Positions 1-9,277 of a stretch of DNA of 54,491 nucleotides are shown one piece after another. This DNA comes from a virus (taxonomy: Duplodnaviria; Caudoviricetes). Each line of letters starts with the position of its first letter. Position 1 is the first letter of the stretch. The notes under the pieces were generated by a model. It saw only the letters and a program-made list of their open reading frames with translations. It searched no databases and was not told where the DNA came from. The stretch lies in IMG/VR virus record IMGVR_UViG_3300024433_000007, positions 1 to 54,491 of that record; one strand, 5' to 3'. The translations under genes were made by a program, and so were the position numbers.

Positions 1-1595
1 GTAACTGCGATAGTACCAGCAAGTGCAATCTTTCCAACAAGACTGAGAGCACCGCTTATAGTCGATACTGCTGCGACAGCACCCGCAAATACTTTAGTAC
101 ATATAAGATCTGCTGATAAAGCTGATGCGCCCGCAACTGCTCCAATCAAAGACCGCAGCACATGTAGAGTACCTATAACTGATGTCGTAGACGAGAAACC
201 TCCTATAAGTGAACGCACAGCCTGTAATATACCTACAACTGCTGTTGAAGCTGCTGCTGTCCCTATGAGAGACCTCAGAGCTTGGACAATTCCAGACATC
301 GTAGAAACAGCTGACAAAGAACCCACAAGCGATCGTGCTGCACGCAGGATTCCAGAAACGGCGGACGTACCAGCCAACGAGCCAATGAGTGAACGGATCG
401 CAGAGAGAAAACCAGATGTTGATGCCAAAGCTGCGGAAGAACCTATACAACTACGACCCGCAATAAGAATTCCAACCAATGCCCCCTGGCCTGCAAACGA
501 GCCCTTAAGCGCATGGGTTTGCCCGCCTGCCGCCACATATTCACTTGCCCCCACGTCCCATATTGCATCTGCTACATTCCAATTTGGCCGTGCATTTCCA
601 GCAATATCAAGTCTAAATAATGGATCGCCATCTGTATCATTCTTCAGGAAATCGTCAAAATCTGTGGTAACTGTTACGTCATTATAAGGATTTCTCCCAC
701 ACCTGTCTCCGGCATTTCCATTGGCTGATATGTGGGCAGTGGCAAGGTAGTCAACATCTAAGCTGGCATCGTAATCAACACTATTCTTGTAATTATCTCC
801 TGCCGTTCCTCCAAGATCTGCTGTTGTATCATCAGCACCATTCCAGCCAGAAGGAGAATCCCAGTTAGCCTCAGCAAACTCAGAGCCAGTATTGTCCATT
901 CCATAGCATGAAAAAATTATTCCTGTCCCTGAAGCTAGTGTTGACGCAAATCCATCTCCAGCATTTCCAACCGAAGTGCAACAAATAGCCCCAAAGGTAT
1001 AGCCAACATTCGATCTTAACTTAAAGCCATTTCCTCCTCCCAACATCCCATAAGCTATACAATTATAATACAGTATATTAACATTGTAGGCAGAGTAGAA
1101 GCCACCACTTACATTACCCGCCCCCGAATTGCTAAAATCATGTGCTACCACATTAACAATCTTTTGATGATCGCCATGATAAAAGTATATACCACGTAGA
1201 TCAAGGTCATGTGATCCTATATGCTTAATAACAAGTTGTTCTACCCGACTCCAGTGTTCACCGGCTAAAACTATATCTCGATTTGTTCCACTATATTCAA
1301 AATTCGCTCCTGTTGCGGCTTTACCAGCAAAGGGCGTTACACACCCAGAAGCCGATCTTATCTTTCTATAATGAGTAGCGTCCATATTTGACGCACCATC
1401 TATATTTACGCAATTATTATGATTCTGGCTATCATAGCAATCAAGGGTAGTAACCCCTGTCCCACTCAGGTCATTATCAGAGACAGATTCCCAAATAGCC
1501 AAAGAACTGTAATCGGGATCACCACCACCTGGCAACGAACCATTACCACCAGAGTCATAGGTGCATGTATAGGGTGATTGATCGTAACAGGCCAT
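1..1595 (-). CDS. Large putative virion fibre/adhesin-like protein, 3'-truncated by the window edge (beta-helix-like N-part, ~20-aa Ala/Gly/Ser/Thr repeats)
   Basis: Not in the ORF track because it has no stop in the window. ATG at 1595 overlaps the upstream TAA (TAATG). Translates MACYDQSPYTCTYDSGG...DIAGNARP..WDVGASEY, then repeats like RSLIGSLAGTSAVSGILRAA. Confidence 0.8.
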   Translation of the reverse strand, partial: MACYDQSPYTCTYDSGGNGSLPGGGDPDYSSLAIWESVSDNDLSGTGVTTLDCYDSQNHNNCVNIDGASNMDATHYRKIRSASGCVTPFAGKAATGANFEYSGTNRDIVLAGEHWSRVEQLVIKHIGSHDLDLRGIYFYHGDHQKIVNVVAHDFSNSGAGNVSGGFYSAYNVNILYYNCIAYGMLGGGNGFKLRSNVGYTFGAICCTSVGNAGDGFASTLASGTGIIFSCYGMDNTGSEFAEANWDSPSGWNGADDTTADLGGTAGDNYKNSVDYDASLDVDYLATAHISANGNAGDRCGRNPYNDVTVTTDFDDFLKNDTDGDPLFRLDIAGNARPNWNVADAIWDVGASEYVAAGGQTHALKGSFAGQGALVGILIAGRSCIGSSAALASTSGFLSAIRSLIGSLAGTSAVSGILRAARSLVGSLSAVSTMSGIVQALRSLIGTAAASTAVVGILQAVRSLIGGFSSTTSVIGTLHVLRSLIGAVAGASALSADLICTKVFAGAVAAVSTISGALSLVGKIALAGTIAV

Positions 1596-2365
1596 TAGAC
1601 TTTACCACCATAAATTATTGGCCTAATTAGATTAAGCCCATCAGATTCAAGAACATAACGACTGTTCATCTTATCAAAACTTTCAATCTTTTGAATGTCC
1701 CGTATATCAGGGACATATTCCAGTTGTTTATCCAGCATCCTGCCTTCATCAACTCCAAGCACTTTTAGATCATTCATAGGAATATGAAATCTTCGTTTCT
1801 TTAAATGCTCTGTTGGATATAATTCTTCTGGTTCCTCTGGAAATTCGGGAGGGATTTTATAGCTATCCAAATCCCATACAGATTCGCAAATTCCTTCTAT
1901 TTGCTTATTGTCAAGATTATCAAGAGTAATAATCAGAAATTCTTTTCTTTCTTTTTCTGTCCAAACATCCTTACCATAAGTGTGAAACTTTGAATAGCCG
2001 ACAATACCCTTCTGCATTCTGTAGCCTTTAAAGGCTATGATGTCTGTAGGCTCTGCCCGCTTTTCCCAACCAGTTACATTATAGATAAAGTATTTCTCAG
2101 TATCAAAACCAACAGGCATCTCCACATGACGACTTATAGTCTTATTGATTTCAGTATTAGCAGCCAGGTTAATGTCAGGAGTCATTTTATGATATCCTGT
2201 ACCAGCATATCCCTTGCCTACTTCTGAAAAAGAAGAAGCAAGGTAATAATAAGGCTCTCTATGATAGCCATGAGCTACTATCTGCTTAATTTTAGACAGC
2301 TCTTTCTCACGCAATTCAAAACGTGGTTTATGATGTCCAAACAATGCCACTGACCATTTAGCCAT
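1595..2365 (-). CDS. Hypothetical protein (late operon)
   Basis: 256-aa ORF with AGGAGG RBS, coupled to the next gene. Confidence 0.75.
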   Translation of the reverse strand: MAKWSVALFGHHKPRFELREKELSKIKQIVAHGYHREPYYYLASSFSEVGKGYAGTGYHKMTPDINLAANTEINKTISRHVEMPVGFDTEKYFIYNVTGWEKRAEPTDIIAFKGYRMQKGIVGYSKFHTYGKDVWTEKERKEFLIITLDNLDNKQIEGICESVWDLDSYKIPPEFPEEPEELYPTEHLKKRRFHIPMNDLKVLGVDEGRMLDKQLEYVPDIRDIQKIESFDKMNSRYVLESDGLNLIRPIIYGGKV

Positions 2366-2385
2366 TACTTATAATTCCTCCTAAA

Positions 2386-2700
2386 TTATTCTATACGCAC
2401 GTTTCCTGGTGCACCCGCCACTGCCTTGGTAAAATCGAAAGGGACAGCCACGCTCTCGCCCCATATATTCTTTGCCTTAATATCAATTTGATAAGTACCC
2501 CCCGAAATACCAGCAAGATCGAGCCATAGTTTGACAGTACCATCACCCAGATCAAGAGCCGGAATTGTAACATTTATATCACCTGTAATGACATAATGAG
2601 TCACATTTGTCTGCGGATCAGCTGTAAGATGTGGGTCTGCAAAGGCCAAAACTGGCAAAAGGCAAATAGCCAAAGCCATGCCTATTATTTTTCTGATCAT
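2386..2700 (-). CDS. Secreted small beta-sandwich (Fn3/Ig-like) protein
   Basis: Signal peptide ending LAFA-D; AKNIWGES..PFDF..APGNVRI resembles an Fn3 C-terminal pattern. Confidence 0.6.
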   Translation of the reverse strand: MIRKIIGMALAICLLPVLAFADPHLTADPQTNVTHYVITGDINVTIPALDLGDGTVKLWLDLAGISGGTYQIDIKAKNIWGESVAVPFDFTKAVAGAPGNVRIE

Positions 2701-2714
2701 AACTTTTCTCCTTT

Positions 2715-2897
2715 TTAATCTTTAGCAAAAAGCAATACCAAAGATTGTATCCCAATTATAACTATTGAAATCTCCTCAACATTGGTTTCAAACCCAAACC
2801 GAGATGCAATCAATGCTGCCGCTGCAATGATGGCAATTGAAGATGTTGCCCAATTCTTCACTACTCTCTTCCATATTTCTGTTATAAAATTCCACAT
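2715..2897 (-). CDS. Holin-like small membrane protein
   Basis: 60 aa, two hydrophobic segments, KNWATS..LLFAKD pattern. Confidence 0.55.
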   Translation of the reverse strand: MWNFITEIWKRVVKNWATSSIAIIAAAALIASRFGFETNVEEISIVIIGIQSLVLLFAKD

Positions 2898-2908
2898 AAC
2901 TTATCTCC

Positions 2909-3124
2909 TTAGCCTAAGTGTTTTTTGATTCTTTCTATCAACTTCTTAATTTCTTCTTCCGCTCCATCCTTGCAATAATCAAGGTACGCCTGAGCTTCAG
3001 CTATGTTCTTTTCTAATAGTTTAGTTCTAATGGTTATTCTTCTTTTCCCGAAAAGATAACCAATAAAACCTCCGAATAGAAAGATCGCCAGAGCTGCTAA
3101 TCCTGTCGCTGTTCCTGGACTCAT
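2909..3124 (-). CDS. Single-TM membrane protein
   Basis: N-terminal TM helix then basic/coiled region; AAGGAGG RBS. Confidence 0.65.
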   Translation of the reverse strand: MSPGTATGLAALAIFLFGGFIGYLFGKRRITIRTKLLEKNIAEAQAYLDYCKDGAEEEIKKLIERIKKHLG

Positions 3125-3169
3125 ACTTTATCACCTCCTTTGTAATTTCATCAACTGAAGATACGAAAC

Positions 3170-4471
3170 CTACTTTCTTATCTCAGAATATTCGGTCAAT
3201 CTTCCATACTTCCTCAAGAAAGACTTAATCTCCTCGTCTACATCAAGAGCATCAGCATCGACCAGAACCTTTACATATCCTGACATATCCTTCAAAGCCT
3301 GCTTCCGAACTTGGGTATGTACAATATAGGGAAGAGGACGATCCTTTACACCATTTAATGAAAACAGCGTTGAAACAGCCTGTCGATTGAACGTGCTTGC
3401 GATGGAATCTGCCCACCCTTCGAGGCTTAGATGAAACAAGTCCATAATATCCTTCGAGAGAGCATACGATCCTGTACGTTCCATTCCAAGCATAACAAAT
3501 TGGGCCAATAATGAGATGGCAATCTCTTTGCTATATCTGTTGATGATTGCTGTAGTATCAAATTGCTTTGCTCCTGGAGCAGATAACAGTGAAAGTTTCC
3601 ATCCATGCGGCTGCAATATTCCATCTTGCTCATCTACTCTAACATTTGTAACTATCTTCTTCGCCCAATCTAATACCGCTCTAGTTTCAGGCGAGTCATC
3701 ATCCATCTTCAGACCCTCTGGAAGATCCATTACAGGAAGCCCATTCACATCTCTCTCTACACCAATACCCTCAATCTCCTCCATATTCTTGCGAAAATAC
3801 CACGGTCGATAACAGTTTCGTAGGAGACTTCTTCCCTCCGGATTATTTGCCCACGGATCAGTTCTAAAATGGATTAGTTTCTTTATCGGAATATAAACAG
3901 TTCTTCCCTCCAAGGGAGGCCTCTGCCACATACCTATCATATCCCCTACATCGTCTATATCCCATCTCTCCAAAGAACTCTGTGCCCTAAGAGGAAGCTT
4001 CTTCCAAACAACTTTCCCATCATCTCTCCGCTTATAAACCTGCTCAAAACTTGCCCATCCGTAAATGAACTGACTCATTGACTCTGCAATAAATTCCGAC
4101 CATGTATGAGTCATAGAGCGCATGCAATCTTCAAGAAATAAACCATCAGCATCTAACTCTTTTGCCTCCGAATTAGCCGATCTAACCGACCATCTAACCT
4201 CCTTCAAAATCTGTCTAATAGCAAGTAGACATCCACCAACGATGGGATCATTATCAGACATCTCACGGTAGACTGCAATCCCCCGTTTCCCTCGTAGATC
4301 AATGAAGAACTCTTCCAGAATTTGTCCGTAACTCCACTTCAATCCAGATTTGCCTACCTCAGTCAGCATGAGATTCCTTCTCGTAGGCTTTTTGTACTCT
4401 CCTGCAGGATAGTCTAAATCTCTTTTTCTGTCGATTGGTACTTGAGAACGTGCCTTCTTAAACCATGCCAT
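3170..4471 (-). CDS. Portal protein (DUF935/Mu gp29-like)
   Basis: Follows terL; NPEGRSLLRNCYRPW..K..E.IGVERD..GLP and GSYALS motifs; start moved to MAWFKK (GGAGA RBS). Confidence 0.9.
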   Translation of the reverse strand: MAWFKKARSQVPIDRKRDLDYPAGEYKKPTRRNLMLTEVGKSGLKWSYGQILEEFFIDLRGKRGIAVYREMSDNDPIVGGCLLAIRQILKEVRWSVRSANSEAKELDADGLFLEDCMRSMTHTWSEFIAESMSQFIYGWASFEQVYKRRDDGKVVWKKLPLRAQSSLERWDIDDVGDMIGMWQRPPLEGRTVYIPIKKLIHFRTDPWANNPEGRSLLRNCYRPWYFRKNMEEIEGIGVERDVNGLPVMDLPEGLKMDDDSPETRAVLDWAKKIVTNVRVDEQDGILQPHGWKLSLLSAPGAKQFDTTAIINRYSKEIAISLLAQFVMLGMERTGSYALSKDIMDLFHLSLEGWADSIASTFNRQAVSTLFSLNGVKDRPLPYIVHTQVRKQALKDMSGYVKVLVDADALDVDEEIKSFLRKYGRLTEYSEIRK

Positions 4472-5957
4472 AGAATCTCCTTCTCCTTGCATGAGGACTA
4501 AAATTCCTTGAACTCCAGACGGACTTTTTCGTCATGTCTCCCGTATTCCTTATTACATTCCCCGGAAATTCATATATAACAACTCTTATTCCCCGACAAG
4601 CATCTGGACTAAGAAATGCCATGTAGGTTGCATCAGCATAGTCGGGAGACTTCATTGCACGAGCCAACATATCCTCTTTAGACTCGATCTTAATCTTGAG
4701 ATTTGATGTTGGTTTAGTTCTTATATCTCCCAATTCCATTATTACTCTATTAGGCCAATCCTTACAATATAAAGATGGAATCATCTCTCTAAGTTGCCAA
4801 TATCCCTGAGCTCTTAAATTTAAGTATCTTTCCTTTACTTCTGTCTCTGGAGCCATACTTCCTACAACTGGGACAATCATATCTCCGTAAATATCGTGGA
4901 GGCCATCATATACTCCTGCACCAATTCCAATAGCATCAACTTTTATATTAGTAGGCCCAAATTCATTGATGTACTCTATAGTCCACTGACAAATCTCTGA
5001 TGTATCTGTAACTGAACCTTTCTTATGCCTTTCATCATATTTCAGAACTTTGTTTCCCTGACGGATACATAATACACTAGATGCTCTTGCCCTCCCAACA
5101 TCAAGACCGAATTCTACAGGAAAACCTTTTACATCTGGAGGACTGTTATTTTCCATAGTATCAAGAAAGGAAGGAGGAACAAGATAAGTCGCATCGCCGG
5201 TTGCGAACTCGCCCAAAACCTTAATCATGAAGATCGGGTGATTCTCTCCATACCGTTCTGCCATCATCTCAATATATCTCTTACCAACTCTTGGTGAATC
5301 ATAACACGAAACATGCATATGGTGATACATTCTTTTCAAAGCTGGGTTGTTGAAGGTATCATAAAAGTACCCGTTTGTACGAGTAGGATTTCCTGCAAGG
5401 ATACAATATGAACCATCACCAGTAAGAGCTCCTTCCATAGCAGGAAAGATCGCATCAGGTACACCTGAAGCCTCATCCACGATGAAAAGAATATTTTCCT
5501 CATCATGAAAGCCCTGAAGTCCCTCAGCAACCTCTGCTCCAGGTCTAACTTGTGCAGTTCGAGCAACTGCATGCCATGCAGGTTCATGTCCCTTAACACC
5601 AACTCTCGTCTGCGTCCAAATAAAAAGATTACTTAATATTGGACTATTGTTGATTCTTTTGAAATGCTCTGACCATAAAACATCATGTAACTGATGCTGC
5701 GAAGGTGCTGTAGAAGGAACTTTAGAACCAGGTCTTGTAAAGAGGAACCATCTCGAAGCAAGGCCCAAGAGGAAAGTTTTTCCAACTCCAGAGCCTGAGC
5801 GAAGTGCAAGAAAATGATGCTCAACTAAGTTTTCCAGAGCTTCTATCTGCCACGGATCTAGTGCAACTCCTTCAATTTCCTCCGCATAAGCGACAGGATC
5901 ATTGTAATAATGTTGAATTGCATCTATAACTTCTTGATTTTCATGTACTGCTTCCAC
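4458..5957 (-). CDS. terL: Terminase large subunit
   Basis: Walker A SGSGVGKT, Walker B IVDEASG, GNPT motif, nuclease GLDVGR / VDAIGIGAGV / SPDYADA. Confidence 0.95.
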   Translation of the reverse strand: MEAVHENQEVIDAIQHYYNDPVAYAEEIEGVALDPWQIEALENLVEHHFLALRSGSGVGKTFLLGLASRWFLFTRPGSKVPSTAPSQHQLHDVLWSEHFKRINNSPILSNLFIWTQTRVGVKGHEPAWHAVARTAQVRPGAEVAEGLQGFHDEENILFIVDEASGVPDAIFPAMEGALTGDGSYCILAGNPTRTNGYFYDTFNNPALKRMYHHMHVSCYDSPRVGKRYIEMMAERYGENHPIFMIKVLGEFATGDATYLVPPSFLDTMENNSPPDVKGFPVEFGLDVGRARASSVLCIRQGNKVLKYDERHKKGSVTDTSEICQWTIEYINEFGPTNIKVDAIGIGAGVYDGLHDIYGDMIVPVVGSMAPETEVKERYLNLRAQGYWQLREMIPSLYCKDWPNRVIMELGDIRTKPTSNLKIKIESKEDMLARAMKSPDYADATYMAFLSPDACRGIRVVIYEFPGNVIRNTGDMTKKSVWSSRNFSPHARRRRFYGMV

Positions 5958-6217
5958 TAGATATCCTTACTGACGTTATTTGAATCTCCTCCGGTTTCTT
6001 TCATGTAATCTTTCATGCTTGTCCATCCTCCAACTTTATCTCTATTTTCTTCATTAAAGAATCCTTTAGGAATACGAGCTCTCATAGGAAAAGGAACTCC
6101 AGGATGAAACGCCTCATATACAACATCCTCCGATGGACAGTCCTTTGTAGGACAGGTATCACATCCAAGGATGAGAAAGCAAGAAAGTATCACAGCAGTT
6201 AAAACTAACTTTTTCAT
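5957..6217 (-). CDS. Small lipoprotein
   Basis: Start MKKLVLTAVILSCFLILG-C has a signal II/lipobox pattern. Confidence 0.65.
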   Translation of the reverse strand: MKKLVLTAVILSCFLILGCDTCPTKDCPSEDVVYEAFHPGVPFPMRARIPKGFFNEENRDKVGGWTSMKDYMKETGGDSNNVSKDI

Positions 6218-6345
6218 TTTACTCTCTATCTGTATTCTAGTTAAAGAAAAAGAGCTGGTTAGCGAAAAGATCTGAACAGGACTTTGGGGAGCCGACAGCC
6301 TCACAGGGAAAGACCGGCCTTGCGGCCGGAGAGGACAGGGCAGGC

Positions 6346-6810
6346 TCACTGCTCTCCGCCAGCCCTAGTGACCTCGATAGGTTTATCATTCTCCTTCTCA
6401 GCCTCCCGTTGTTTCCGTGCTTCGATGATGAGATCAGACAAGTTTATATGCCCCACAAGCTTTTTATCTGTAGGCTTAAGCCCTCCACGATCAAGAACGT
6501 CCCAAGCAGACTTCAGTCTAAGACTTCGATCAATAAGTGGATTTCCTACCGTCTCTCGACAGAGGATAGCTGCATCTTTCATTGTATTGGTTATGACTTC
6601 TAAGGCTTCGACCCTCCCATCTCCGCCAAGGATTTTCGTCCTTGTTTCATATTCAAGCTCACTTAGCGTGCTGGCAAACAAAGGATCATGTAGCCACCCA
6701 TTAATCGTAGCAGTTGCTAAGTTTAATTCTTCTGCTATCTCCTTTGGCGTTTCGGCTACGAGCAGCCTTCGCATTACTTCCTTGTGTCTGATTGTTATTT
6801 TTTTCAGCAT
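6346..6810 (-). CDS. terS: Terminase small subunit (HTH)
   Basis: N-terminal HTH (PKEIAEELNLATATINGWLHDPLF), RLKSAWDVLDRGG; upstream of terL. Confidence 0.8.
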   Translation of the reverse strand: MLKKITIRHKEVMRRLLVAETPKEIAEELNLATATINGWLHDPLFASTLSELEYETRTKILGGDGRVEALEVITNTMKDAAILCRETVGNPLIDRSLRLKSAWDVLDRGGLKPTDKKLVGHINLSDLIIEARKQREAEKENDKPIEVTRAGGEQ

Positions 6811-6966
6811 TTAGTTTCTCATCTCGCCGTAAGGCGTTAAGTTTCTCTACAAGATGTTTTAAACGATTTTTATCGTGCATTATTTTGTCTCTGGGCATTG
6901 GGGGATATATATATGCTTCATCTGTCATAGATTCATGTTTCATTGTTTAGAGCTTCCATTCCTTAA

Positions 6967-6995
6967 ATTTTATGCCTTTATAACTCAAAAGTCAA
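6967..6995 (-). promoter_or_regulatory. Sigma70-type promoter for the terS/terL operon
   Basis: TTGACT-N17-TAAAAT on the minus strand. Confidence 0.65.
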
Positions 6996-7342
6996 ACACT
7001 TTTACGATCTTAATTTACTGTGTTTAATATTTCTTGATAATCACTCTCATCACTTCCACATATGTATCAATCAGGCTCATCCAGTTTTGCTGCTTTTTGA
7101 TAATCACCTAATTAAGTTCAGGAAAATGATTATCATTCTATATGCAACTTTATTGCTGCGAGCTTGCTCGGCTCTGCCAAACGATTATCACGTTTGAAAA
7201 TTGGGCGAGTTTAGAGAGCGACCCGCATAAACTTCAGAGCATCTAATTTTGCATGATATTTCAAATAAACTTCATGTAGGCCTACAAAGTTGTAGCCTGC
7301 TAACATTGTTAGGCTTATAGAATGTTCTCAGATTGTTTTAGC

Positions 7343-7358
7343 TGGCATGGTTATTGCT
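7343..7358 (+). promoter_or_regulatory. Sigma54 -24/-12 motif
   Basis: TGGCAT-GGTTA-TTGCT. Confidence 0.55.
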
Positions 7359-7360
7359 AT

Positions 7361-7376
7361 TGCAAAGTTTGTGCCA
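7361..7376 (-). promoter_or_regulatory. Sigma54 -24/-12 promoter facing the late operon
   Basis: TGGCAC-AAACT-TTGCA matches TGGCAC-N5-TTGCW exactly. Confidence 0.7.
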
Positions 7377-7389
7377 AAAGGAAAAGGAT

Positions 7390-7421
7390 AAAAAAAGAGG
7401 TGCAAGTATAACCTTGCACCT
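7390..7421 (-). terminator. Rho-independent terminator
   Basis: AGGTGCAAG/CTTGCACCT stem followed by a U-tract on the minus strand. Confidence 0.75.
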
Positions 7422-7471
7422 TCATTGAGTTATCTCATTTCTTTTTCCTTTCATTTTAAATTGTTAACCTT

Positions 7472-7501
7472 AAAAAGAGGTGCACCCTCCAAAGTGCACC
7501 C
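7472..7501 (-). terminator. Rho-independent terminator
   Basis: GGGTGCAC/GTGCACCT stem plus CTTTTT right after the 7512-7826 stop. Confidence 0.75.
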
Positions 7502-7511
7502 TATTTTAAAA

Positions 7512-7826
7512 CTAACCTTTGATACCCCACTTTACCCGCAACGCCTTGATCTCTGTTGCAAACTCGGTGTTACTCTTTTCAAGCGCCTTACTTTGTGCCT
7601 GCGTACTCTTGACACGAGCAAGGTCATTGCGAGCATCCGTTTTTATTTGACGATTGATTAACTCCATTACACCTTTGCAAGTGTAACGTTTGGTTGCCTT
7701 TTTCAAACCCTCCTCATTAAGTGAGTAAGCAGGACAACTCCCCTTGCCTAAGACGTTCCCGTCCTTGTCTTTTGCGGTAACTTCAACCTTAAATTCAGTT
7801 ACCTTATTACCGTTAGCATTTTCCAT
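7512..7826 (-). CDS. Monocistronic basic protein, paralogue of 19117-19392
   Basis: AGAGGAG RBS, own sigma54 motif upstream and two terminators downstream. Confidence 0.8.
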   Translation of the reverse strand: MENANGNKVTEFKVEVTAKDKDGNVLGKGSCPAYSLNEEGLKKATKRYTCKGVMELINRQIKTDARNDLARVKSTQAQSKALEKSNTEFATEIKALRVKWGIKG

Positions 7827-7938
7827 AATTCAACTCCTCTTGCTTTAGGTTTTGATTGCAAGGCTTTTCTGGTAGCCTTTAACCATTTCAATTTTCAAAA
7901 AACGTGTGTGCAATTTGTTTGTAACTACCTTATAATGT

Positions 7939-7954
7939 AGCAATTCCTATGCCA
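7939..7954 (-). promoter_or_regulatory. Sigma54 -24/-12 promoter
   Basis: TGGCAT-AGGAA-TTGCT about 110 nt upstream of the 7826 ATG. Confidence 0.65.
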
Positions 7955-8333
7955 AACAGAAATAATTACTACAAAAAATATAGCCTTAAAACCTTACTGG
8001 TATTGAGTTTGTAAGCATTTAATTATTAGTTGCTTTTAACCTTAAAAAGCTGTGTCAAATTTAACGCAGTTGTGAAAATATAACACACTAAAAATGTAAT
8101 GATATTAAATAGTTAGCCTACTGTGTTTTAGTTTCACACTATGTAATATGAGCAAGCAATAATTAAGTAAAAATTACATAGTCTTATGAAAAAATTGCGT
8201 AGTAGAAACGTAAGCATTTCAATATATTAGCCTTACTATGTAAAAAGTACATAGTATAGATAGAGTATATAACTTATAGCATATTATATCAAATTATATT
8301 AATCTATATGATCTGACTTCTCTATCAATTATT

Positions 8334-8498
8334 TGTCGGATGATCTACTGTCCTTGTCGGGTACCCTAATGGAATATTTTACATTTCTTGGATGATGCTA
8401 CCGTTCTGTCGGATCATCTCGTGGAATATTTTTCGACTTGTCGAATGATTCTGTCGTAACTTCATTCGATGAAATTACTAAGGCTGTGTCGGATGATC
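8334..8498. repeat. Degenerate direct repeats TGTCGGATGATC
   Basis: Copies at 8334, 8407, 8439, 8487; partial at ~8355 and ~8387. Confidence 0.7.
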
Positions 8499-8501
8499 GT
8501 A

Positions 8502-8517
8502 TGCAAGAATTGTGCCA
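8502..8517 (-). promoter_or_regulatory. Sigma54 -24/-12 promoter
   Basis: TGGCAC-AATTC-TTGCA matches the consensus exactly. Confidence 0.65.
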
Positions 8518-8556
8518 AATATATAGGTGGATATTAAAGAGTTTTTTCCTCAATAA

Positions 8557-9237
8557 AATCAAACACTTAACAGTTATCCCTGAAAGTTTTTTGAGGGATA
8601 ATTGTTAAGTTATTGAGATCACTAAAGAAACAAGAAAAATTTGCTTTTGGGTTATCCTTGCAGGGATAACCGTTAAGTTATTGAAATAACTGAATAATTA
8701 GCAATTATCCCCCAATTATCCCGTTATCCCAACACTCGTTATAGGTTTCCGGTGAAGTTACGCAGCATTTTAGAGTTATGGACTTCTCTTAGTGAATAAA
8801 TATATATATATATACATATATAAAGATAGATACATAATTTCACCACTAAACAAAAAGGCGTATGTCAGGATAAGGGATAATTGGATAACCCAAACGAATT
8901 GTTCAATAATTTCAATAACTTACGTCAACTTTTGCGTTATCCCCTCTCGGATAATTCTATCGACAATTTCAAAAAAGTCAAGTAATTTCAAGGACTTATA
9001 CCCGCTTTTGACTGGATAACCGCATTCGTATTTTCACCGACTGAAATTACACAGCCAGACAAGCTGGCTCCAACAAAGCTGGGATCAGCGGGGAACCAGA
9101 ATCAACAGAGAAAATATGGAACCTTAAATTTTCAAGTTATTTCAACCACTTACAACACAAGGAAATTACTTACAGTAAAATTTACAGTCAAGCAATTTAC
9201 ATACCAAACAAGAAAATTGTCGCCTAACCTATTGAAA
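8557..9237. promoter_or_regulatory. Cluster of IHF-like sites with TTATCC/GGATAA repeats and a (TA)n tract (putative origin/packaging/enhancer region)
   Basis: WATCAAN4TTR-like sites at 8557, 8606, 8674, 8910, 8986, 9140, 9225; many TTATCC(C)/(G)GGATAA copies; TATATATA run at ~8800-8822. Confidence 0.6.
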
Positions 9238-9277
9238 TTACTAAAGAAAAATCTTTTTTTAACTAAAGTGGAAAAAA

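Noticed and set aside
94-687. ORFs 94-450(-) and 265-687(+)
   Set aside because: Shadows of the real repeat-protein frame starting at 1595(-).
8792-9019. 75-aa ORF MNKYIYIYIY
   Set aside because: Artefact of the (TA)n tract in the regulatory region.
8334-9020. CRISPR array
   Set aside because: Repeats are short, degenerate and irregularly spaced; the Cas4-like gene is a common solo phage nuclease.
8570-9020. DnaA boxes
   Set aside because: Repeats are TTATCCC/T, not TTATCCACA.
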